This document shows, piece by piece, positions 8,746 through 15,064 of a stretch of 39,389 bases of DNA. The stretch lies in the NCBI GenBank assembly GCA_964500555.1, contig CAZCOZ010000001.1, positions 13,708 to 53,096 on the forward strand. The letters are read 5' to 3'. This stretch comes from an uncultured Thiotrichaceae bacterium (GTDB lineage: Bacteria; Pseudomonadota; Gammaproteobacteria; SZUA-229). Under the pieces are notes generated by a model. The model searched no databases, was not told the DNA's origin, and saw only the letters and a program-made list of their open reading frames with translations. The position numbers and the translations under genes were made by a program. How positions within the stretch are numbered: the first letter of the stretch is position 1; each line of letters opens with the position of its first letter.

Positions 8746-8761
8746 AGCAAAGAGCGTGCCT
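8746..8761 (-). promoter_or_regulatory. Sigma-54 -24/-12 promoter upstream of the sigma-54 response regulator gene
   Basis: The minus strand reads aGGCAC-GCTCT-TTGCT with correct GG-N10-GC spacing. It lies about 140 nt upstream of the ATG at 8604. Confidence 0.65.
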
Positions 8762-8896
8762 AGTTTTTTAAATATTTATAGATCAATTACTTATGCGTTC
8801 TCTACTGGAAGACGACAAGATTTCGTCACCACATTTATTTGTAATGCCAACATTATGTCATCGCTGTGCAATACATATAAAGAAGCACTACAGCAC

Positions 8897-8924
8897 TTAA
8901 GAAAAACACCGTCACTGCCGATAT
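8897..8924 (+). promoter_or_regulatory. Candidate sigma-28 (FliA)-type promoter facing the two plus-strand genes
   Basis: The -10 is GCCGATAT (7/8 to GCCGATAA) at 8917..8924. The -35-like TTAAGAAA (TAAAG-like) lies 12 nt upstream. The -35 is weak, so the call is tentative. Confidence 0.35.
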
Positions 8925-8934
8925 AATATATGAG

Positions 8935-9068
8935 AGCTTTGCACGATGTAGATTTTGCATCATAGCAAGGCAAAAGTTGTTGAAAAAGCGCAGTTTACAC
9001 GTAGTAAATGAGCATTTTGAAACAACTTTTAACGCCGCTAAGGTGGAAAAGATGCTGCGTGCAAAGCT
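8935..9068. repeat. Long imperfect inverted repeat (about 134 nt; extended hairpin or MITE-like element) in the leader of the 9096 gene
   Basis: The outer arms AGCTTTGCACG (8935..8945) and CGTGCAAAGCT (9058..9068) are perfect complements. The inner arms AAAAGTTGTT (8972..8981) and AACAACTTTT (9021..9030) are too. The segments between them pair only partly. Confidence 0.6.
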
Positions 9069-9095
9069 TTCTATATATACAAAAGTGAAAAAAAT

Positions 9096-9626
9096 ATGTC
9101 CTTATACGCAATTGATAAACTGATTAATGAAACGCGTCGGCTTGCTGCCGAATTCAAACGCACAACGGGCACAATGCTGCCTGTTTCAGGTGAAATTGCG
9201 CGCTATGACGTTTCACATCATCTTGATTTAACCTTATGTAACGATCCTGGCTGTGGTTATGATGCAATTGATAATAATCCGATTGACAATAATCGAAGAG
9301 AAGGACTACGCGTACAAATCAAAAGTAGAGTGATTGGCAACGCGGTAAAATCCGGCCACCGGCTTGGGCAACTAAATCTCAACGGTAGCTGGGACATCGT
9401 CATTCTATCTTTGATGGATAACGAATTTGAACCCGTTGAAATGTATCAGCTAAGCCGTAATGAGATTATAAACTCACTAAAAGATAATAATAAAAATACC
9501 AGCCTTTCCGTTGCCAAATTTAAAATGATAGGTGAACTTGTCTGGAGCAAGGAGCGTGGTATTAAAAACCTGGATCATTACCAAACAATCGAAAGAAAAA
9601 TTACTGATTCCTGTACCCATCACTGA
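9096..9626 (+). CDS. Hypothetical protein with a possible PD-(D/E)xK-like nuclease core
   Basis: 176-aa ORF. The spacing of GYDAID ... LRVQIKSRVI resembles a D...(E/Q)xK restriction-endonuclease-fold motif. The layout (SGEIARYDV.. / ..QIKSR.. / ..LNLNGSWDIVILSLMDNEFEPVEMYQL) recalls a widespread small uncharacterised family that I cannot verify without a search. Confidence 0.5.
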   Translation: MSLYAIDKLINETRRLAAEFKRTTGTMLPVSGEIARYDVSHHLDLTLCNDPGCGYDAIDNNPIDNNRREGLRVQIKSRVIGNAVKSGHRLGQLNLNGSWDIVILSLMDNEFEPVEMYQLSRNEIINSLKDNNKNTSLSVAKFKMIGELVWSKERGIKNLDHYQTIERKITDSCTHH

Positions 9627-9745
9627 TATAAATATCTAAACCATCCTACCCGCCGCATGACAGTAGCGTATACACTTGCTAATATTGCAATAACTTATAC
9701 CTATTCGCCTTCCAGAGATGGGTTGGATAAATTACCGGATTTACT

Positions 9746-10522
9746 GTGACCAAACAGGCTCATTTACTTTTTCAGAAAAAATATAAGGAAGAACTTATCC
9801 AGGTCTGGCAAAACAACCATCACCGCTGGTTAAGTATCGACAATATCGAACAGTCTCGACTAAACATCAAAAATCCTGAGGAACTTGCATCGCCCCTTGA
9901 TTATTATTTTTTAGCGTGCCTGCTTTTTATTAATATTCCAAAAAATGTGCTCCTTGGCGGTTTAGGTGGCGGCACACTTGCACACTACCTGCATAATAAA
10001 CAACCTGAAATAAATGGACATGCTATCGAAATCAATCCATTGATTGCAAAGTTAGCAAAAGATTATTTCTACTTCCCTCAAAATAAATGGGATATAGACA
10101 TCAGTGATATTGAGCACATCAATATTAAAAGCATTAAACATCACTATGATTTAATGTTGATTGATATTGGTGATAAGGATTCAACACCCGAATGGCTCAC
10201 TAGCGAAAAGATGTTGTTAGAATTTAAACAACAATTATCTGAACATGGCGTATTGGTGATAAATTTGTTAGTAAACAACGCCGATTCCTTTAGTCAAAAA
10301 TTAACAGCAATACGAAAGATATTTAATCGTAAAACAATTTGCGCAAGTATTCCCAGGCATAATAATATTGTGGTTTATGCCTTTAATAAGCAACCGTTAT
10401 ATAGTTCTTCAGATCAATTACAATCTCGGCTTGAAAAATTGTCACAAAGTTGGGGATTAGATTATTCAGTCTTGCTAGAACAGATTCAGCAGGAGAACCC
10501 TAAGGGAAGTGGGGTATTTTAA
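9746..10522 (+). CDS. Spermidine-synthase-fold / class I SAM-dependent methyltransferase-like protein (GTG start)
   Basis: 258 aa. Glycine-rich motif I VLLGGLGGGTLAHYL is followed by an acidic post-I residue (AIEINP) and DLMLIDIGD, the pattern of spermidine synthase-like proteins. GTG is the first start codon after an in-frame TAA at 9728. Confidence 0.65.
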   Translation: MTKQAHLLFQKKYKEELIQVWQNNHHRWLSIDNIEQSRLNIKNPEELASPLDYYFLACLLFINIPKNVLLGGLGGGTLAHYLHNKQPEINGHAIEINPLIAKLAKDYFYFPQNKWDIDISDIEHINIKSIKHHYDLMLIDIGDKDSTPEWLTSEKMLLEFKQQLSEHGVLVINLLVNNADSFSQKLTAIRKIFNRKTICASIPRHNNIVVYAFNKQPLYSSSDQLQSRLEKLSQSWGLDYSVLLEQIQQENPKGSGVF

Positions 10523-10555
10523 CCCGAGCAAGGTCTGGATTACTCAATATAAAAA

Positions 10556-10870
10556 CTAATTACTGTGTTGCATATAAACATCAACCGCACGGCGACCATT
10601 GTTTATTGACGCGACATGCTGACCTGAATCATCTCTAGCATCTATCGCAATCGCTTCAAGCCTTTTGTTAATATCAATAATTTTTCGAATCTTATCATCC
10701 ATTTCTATCACGTCATTACCCTGATGTGAGGTAGAGAATAATTTTTTGAGTAACTCACTACGTTGAACTTCAATTTCCATTACTCGATCCCAGTTACCTA
10801 CTTCTGCATCTTTTAACATTGTTTCACTGCAGCTAATTGCCTCTTTTAATTGTTTATTTTTAGTATCCAT
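10556..10870 (-). CDS. fliT: Flagellar chaperone FliT
   Basis: 104-aa helical protein directly after fliS. The motif AEVGNWDRVMEIEVQRSELLKKLF matches the conserved GDW..v..LE..R..LL core of FliT. Confidence 0.7.
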   Translation of the reverse strand: MDTKNKQLKEAISCSETMLKDAEVGNWDRVMEIEVQRSELLKKLFSTSHQGNDVIEMDDKIRKIIDINKRLEAIAIDARDDSGQHVASINNGRRAVDVYMQHSN

Positions 10871-10941
10871 ATGTAGTTCGCTATATGTAATTAGTTATGC
10901 GTAATTAACTATGCGTAATGATTATTAAATCGACTTAAAGA

Positions 10942-11373
10942 TTAAGATACAACAGATAGATTTTCTGTTTGTTTCTTTCTTAGTTCAAGTGGGATTAATT
11001 CCCAGCCTGATTTTATTTCATGTAGTAGCGATGAAGCTTCATCTAAAATAGTAACATCGTCATCTATATTAGCTTTTAGTAACCGCTGTTCTATGTATTC
11101 ATATATGTTATCAAGGTTAGTTGACAATTCACCACCCGCCTTAAGATCAAGGCTTGCACGTAATCCGTTTATGATAGACACCGCCTGACTAATCATTTCA
11201 CCCTTTTTTGCAATTTCGTGACGCGCCATTAAACCTTTAACAATGGCAATTTTACCAAGCGCACCTTCAAGCAACATTTGCACAAGTCGATGTGGATCTG
11301 CATCTGAAACACCACTAACTCGATCTACTTCACTGTAATGGGAAATATTATTACTAATTAATCCGTGGCTCAT
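10942..11373 (-). CDS. fliS: Flagellin-specific chaperone FliS
   Basis: 143 aa. DPHRLVQMLLEGALGKIAIVKGLM ... IINGLRASLDLKAGGELSTNLDNIYEYI is a typical FliS four-helix bundle sequence. RBS is AGAGGA. Confidence 0.9.
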   Translation of the reverse strand: MSHGLISNNISHYSEVDRVSGVSDADPHRLVQMLLEGALGKIAIVKGLMARHEIAKKGEMISQAVSIINGLRASLDLKAGGELSTNLDNIYEYIEQRLLKANIDDDVTILDEASSLLHEIKSGWELIPLELRKKQTENLSVVS

Positions 11374-11464
11374 TATTTTTCCTCTTGGTATTTTTTGTAT
11401 TATTTTTTATTTACTTTATTAACATATTAATTAATACGTTAATAAACCTTTCCTAAAAAGACAT

Positions 11465-11480
11465 AGCAATTTAGATGCCA
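11465..11480 (-). promoter_or_regulatory. Sigma-54 -24/-12 promoter upstream of fliS-fliT
   Basis: The minus strand reads TGGCAT-CTAAA-TTGCT. It begins 1 nt after the flaG stop codon and lies about 92 nt upstream of the fliS ATG. Confidence 0.65.
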
Positions 11481-11481
11481 A

Positions 11482-11889
11482 TCAAATGTATTCATCAAAT
11501 AGTTCGATATCCAAACCTGCACCTAGACTTCGTGCAGCTCTTAACGCTTCTTCATTTGGTATTTGACGAATTACTTGTTGCGTTGCTAAGTCCATAACTT
11601 TTATAACAGTTTGTCCGCTATCATTATCTACACTAAAGTGAAGTTCACGTTGAATGACCTGCATGTGTTCATTAAGATCACGTACGCTTTCGTCCAGTTC
11701 TTCCCTACTCGCTTCTTTTTTGGAAGCCTCATTTTGTTCAGGCCTTGCCGCATTAGAATGTACTTCATTGCCGTTTGCCGGAGAACCACCGATTAAAACA
11801 GTCTCTGGAACCGCAGCTACTTTTTCAACCACCGTAGGTTTATTGGTATTACTTAAATTAAAATTATCACTATTTATGTTAACTATCAT
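11482..11889 (-). CDS. flaG: Flagellar protein FlaG
   Basis: The C-terminal ELHFSVDNDSGQTVIKVMDLATQQVIRQIPNEEAL is the FlaG signature. The ORF-track start at 11901 is a GTG. The ATG at 11889 sits 5 nt after a GGAGG Shine-Dalgarno. Confidence 0.85.
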   Translation of the reverse strand: MIVNINSDNFNLSNTNKPTVVEKVAAVPETVLIGGSPANGNEVHSNAARPEQNEASKKEASREELDESVRDLNEHMQVIQRELHFSVDNDSGQTVIKVMDLATQQVIRQIPNEEALRAARSLGAGLDIELFDEYI

Positions 11890-12130
11890 GATAGCCTCCA
11901 CCGAACAGTTGTATTGCTAAGAATATTTAACAAGCGTTAGTCTTGTTAACATTGAGCATAAACCGTTATATATTATGGTGAAACCAGAAAATATATCTGC
12001 ATGCACACCACTTCTAACTACTATGTCGACAACTCAACTGTTTTCTTTAGAAAAAACAGCTTTAATAAAAAATAGATCTACCTTTAAAAAATGGACGTGA
12101 GATATTTACTTTGTGTACGACGGCAAACCA

Positions 12131-13498
12131 CTATCGTGAAGAGATAGTGGGTAAGTTCGCCAATTGTTGCGTTAGAAAGCTTCCTGTCGATTGCAATTGA
12201 GAAACTAAAATATCCATCGCGATAAACTGTGCACTCAAACGTGCTTCAACTGCCGCCATACGTCTGGACAATACGTCACGTTGATCATCGATACGATCAA
12301 GCCGACGCTCTAAACCATCTGAGCGAGAATCAATAATCCCGTCATTTTCTACATAACCCGATAAACCGATGGTAAATGATTGTGCAAAACCTGACTCTGA
12401 TGAAAAGAATGCATTTACTTCAAATAACTGACCATTTAGTTTTTCATCCAGCTTTACATCATCCGTTACCAAACTCCCGTCATCACCAAAACTGATTCCA
12501 ATATCCGATAAGTTGGCAAACACACCATTGGTTACTGTTGTTGATAAAGCCTGACGTATATTGCTTTGCACTCCTCTCAACACCGAGTCACCATTTAACG
12601 GCCCTGATACCCGCGTAGATTGATCAAAGTTAGAAAGTCCTCTCATCACACCTATTAGCGTGTTGTAGTTAGAAACAAAGCTTTCAAGATTTTCTTTAAT
12701 TGAGTCAATATCTGAGTCAACGGATAACGTTTCGACCGTGCCTGATTGAGCACCGGTCAGGTTGAATGTAATGCCTGATATCACATCTGAAAAAGTATTA
12801 TTTTCTCGGGTAACCGTTTGCGTATCAACTTTAATGACAGCGTCAGATGCTGCTCGTAGTGTCGTAAAATTAGCAGAATCGAGTAACGTTAAATCAACCC
12901 CATCTAAAACATCATCATCTGTTGCAACAATACTAATATTATTAGCCGCACCTAATTTATCTGAGCTTAAGATTAATTGTGTACCAGAATCCACCGAAAT
13001 TAACGTTGCTGTCACACCAGGATTATCTGGAGCTTCATTTATAGCGGAACGAATATCTTCAAGCGTATTATTCGTTGCATCCAGGGTTAATTGAAAAGTA
13101 TCTAGCCCCAGAGAAATATCCAGCGTACCGGTACCGACAACATCGGTTCCCGCAGTATAATCAACTGAACGAAGTTTTTCCGCTTTCGCCAGCTGTACGA
13201 CTTCAATATTATACGTTCCAGGAACTGCAGTACTATTTGCTGTCGCCGTAAATGCTTCTTCGTTACCAGAAGTCGCGGTATAAACTAGAAATGCAGATTC
13301 ATCTTCAAGTTTTGTAACACTCGATTGAAAAGTAGAGAGTGCACTTTTAAGAGTACCAAAAGCAGATAATTTTGAGTCTAAGTCTGTTTCTCTTGAATTT
13401 AAACGTGCATTTTTAGGGTCAGCTTCTGCTGCAACTAATTGTGAAACGAGATTAGCAATATCCAGTCCCGACCCCGCACCGCTTGCTACAATTGGCAT
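12131..13498 (-). CDS. fliD: Flagellar filament cap protein FliD
   Basis: 455 aa. N-terminal GLDIANLVSQLVAAEADPKNARLNSRETDLDSKLSAFGTLKSAL and C-terminal coiled coil (..VEARLSAQFIAMDILVSQLQSTGSFL) are typical of FliD. RBS is AGGAG. Confidence 0.92.
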   Translation of the reverse strand: MPIVASGAGSGLDIANLVSQLVAAEADPKNARLNSRETDLDSKLSAFGTLKSALSTFQSSVTKLEDESAFLVYTATSGNEEAFTATANSTAVPGTYNIEVVQLAKAEKLRSVDYTAGTDVVGTGTLDISLGLDTFQLTLDATNNTLEDIRSAINEAPDNPGVTATLISVDSGTQLILSSDKLGAANNISIVATDDDVLDGVDLTLLDSANFTTLRAASDAVIKVDTQTVTRENNTFSDVISGITFNLTGAQSGTVETLSVDSDIDSIKENLESFVSNYNTLIGVMRGLSNFDQSTRVSGPLNGDSVLRGVQSNIRQALSTTVTNGVFANLSDIGISFGDDGSLVTDDVKLDEKLNGQLFEVNAFFSSESGFAQSFTIGLSGYVENDGIIDSRSDGLERRLDRIDDQRDVLSRRMAAVEARLSAQFIAMDILVSQLQSTGSFLTQQLANLPTISSR

Positions 13499-13603
13499 CT
13501 TTCGTACTCCTACACTATTTCAATCATTCGTCTTCAATATCTATTCATCGATAATGAACAAGCTTTGACGGTAAAACTACCAATCAAAGCTTTATAAATT
13601 TTG

Positions 13604-13634
13604 AAGAACAGGCAAACTCCTTATGCCTGTTCTT
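13604..13634 (-). terminator. Stem-loop downstream of fliC (probable partial terminator/attenuator)
   Basis: Perfect 11-bp stem AAGAACAGGCA / TGCCTGTTCTT with a 9-nt loop, 45 nt after the fliC stop. The downstream tract (CAAAAUUUAUA) is only moderately U-rich. A second 9-bp hairpin follows at 13560..13592. Confidence 0.5.
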
Positions 13635-13679
13635 TACCAATAAGTTAAGTCTGTAACATTTGACTTAACTTAACTTCGC

Positions 13680-14837
13680 TTAACGTAATAAACTCAAAAC
13701 ATTTTGAGGGATCTGATTAGCCTGAGCTAACATTGCAGTACCCGCCTGTTGCAAGATTTGGTTACGTGTTAAGTTCGCTGTTTCCGCAGCAAAGTCAGCA
13801 TCACGAATTCGACCACGTGCAGCACTGGTATTCTCTGCATTAATCGACAGGTTAGTTACCACACTTTCAAAACGTGTTTGTATCGCACCTAAATCTGCAC
13901 GAGCTGTATTAACCGCCGTTATTGCTGAATCCATAAATAGAATCGCAGTATTTGCACCACCGGCACTACTAATATCCAATGTATCAAAACCAACTGTATC
14001 CGCTGCGGTTGCAGTTAGAGCATTTAAACCAGTGGTTACAGCTGTTGCAGCACCACCGATCGTTGCAGTGATATCATGTGATGACGTTAGTGTAATTTGA
14101 TCCGTTGTGCCTTCAGTAATAGTCGCAAAAACACCGGTCTGATCCGAAATATTATTAATTGCTGCTAATACACTTGAAGCCGCACCATCAGCGTCAGCAC
14201 CTGTAACGAAACCAGCAACATCAATTGCAACACCCGCTTCATTCTCAATCGTAATATCACCAGCAGCGATAGTCGCATCAAATCCAGTTGCTGCAGCTTG
14301 AGTAGCAGTTGCAATACTTGTTATGCCTAATGAATCAGACTTCGCATTCACAATACTATTTATTGCAATCGTCTCACCATTGTTAGCACCCACCTGGAAT
14401 GTTTTGTTAGTAAACGAGCCATCAAGCAATTTAACGCCATTGAAATTGGTTTGTGTTGCTACACGATTAATTTCACTTTTCAGTTGTTGCGCCTCAGCAT
14501 TTAGTGCTGCACGATCCGAAACACTGTTTGTTGCATTGGCAGACTGTACCGCAAGCTCACGAATACGTTGTAGTGAATTACTCACACTATCTAGTGAACC
14601 CTCAGCGGTTTGTGCTAGTGAAACACCGTCATTGGCATTACGCATCGCAACGTTCATACCACGAATTTGAGTTGTCATTCTTTCAGAAATCGCAAGACCC
14701 GCTGCATCGTCTTTCGCACTGTTAATACGTAGACCAGATGATAAACGTTGCAATGAAGTCGCCAAATCCATTGATGATGAAGTTAAGTTACGTTGCGCAT
14801 TAAGAGATGCAACGTTTGTGTTAATGGTTAAAGCCAT
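13680..14837 (-). CDS. fliC: Flagellin
   Basis: 385 aa. Conserved N-terminus MALTINTNVASLNAQRNL..LSSGLRINSAKDDAAGLAISERM and C-terminus ..AAETANLTRNQILQQAGTAMLAQANQIPQNVLSLLR. The central domain is T/S/A/G-rich. RBS is GGAGA. Confidence 0.97.
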   Translation of the reverse strand: MALTINTNVASLNAQRNLTSSSMDLATSLQRLSSGLRINSAKDDAAGLAISERMTTQIRGMNVAMRNANDGVSLAQTAEGSLDSVSNSLQRIRELAVQSANATNSVSDRAALNAEAQQLKSEINRVATQTNFNGVKLLDGSFTNKTFQVGANNGETIAINSIVNAKSDSLGITSIATATQAAATGFDATIAAGDITIENEAGVAIDVAGFVTGADADGAASSVLAAINNISDQTGVFATITEGTTDQITLTSSHDITATIGGAATAVTTGLNALTATAADTVGFDTLDISSAGGANTAILFMDSAITAVNTARADLGAIQTRFESVVTNLSINAENTSAARGRIRDADFAAETANLTRNQILQQAGTAMLAQANQIPQNVLSLLR

Positions 14838-14900
14838 AATTATTCTCCAGTACTGAGCAGATATACAACCGAAATGGTGTATTTACTGCTTCCGCTAACT

Positions 14901-14927
14901 TTAACGACCGTACTGCAGAAAACTTTA
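14901..14927 (-). promoter_or_regulatory. Sigma-28 (FliA) promoter of fliC
   Basis: The minus strand reads TAAAGTTT-N11-GTCGTTAA, against the consensus TAAAGTTT-N11-GCCGATAA. The -35 is exact and the -10 matches 6/8. It lies about 65-90 nt upstream of the fliC ATG. Confidence 0.8.
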
Positions 14928-14977
14928 ACTGTATTTAACATCTTTGCTACTTAACTTTCTCTTTAATTTGTTTTGCT

Positions 14978-15020
14978 TATAAATTGTATTATAAATTGTA
15001 TTATAAATTGTGTTATAAAC
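14978..15020. repeat. 12-bp tandem repeat (about 3.6 copies) upstream of the fliC promoter
   Basis: TATAAATTGTAT, TATAAATTGTAT, TATAAATTGTGT, TATAAAC. Lies between the sulfotransferase stop (15065) and the fliC -35 (14927). Confidence 0.9.
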
Positions 15021-15064
15021 TCATGCTTATACATCAGGTCATAAAGCGTGATTTTTAAACCCCA

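Noticed and set aside
8342-8926. 194-aa plus-strand ORF from the track, spanning the regulator N-terminus (antisense) and the intergenic region
   Set aside because: It lies antisense to a well-supported receiver-domain coding region. Its sequence is low complexity and repeat-derived (..RFYTIRFYAIRFYE.. comes from the 15-bp repeat). It has no RBS and no recognisable domain. I treat it as a chance ORF.
8935-9068. Possible c-di-GMP (GEMM) riboswitch, considered because of the c-di-GMP theme and the GCAAAGC/GGCAAAAG strings
   Set aside because: By eye the conserved GEMM-I core (paired P1/P2 with a GNRA tetraloop and receptor, ..GGCAAACC.. ..ACGCAAAGC..) is not reproduced. The element is instead a simple long inverted repeat. 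It is kept only as an unclassified structure pending cmscan.
9096-10522. Mobile genetic island carrying the two plus-strand genes
   Set aside because: No integrase, transposase, tRNA or flanking direct repeats are present. The nearby inverted repeat (8935..9068) is on one side only. The evidence is insufficient to call a mobile element.
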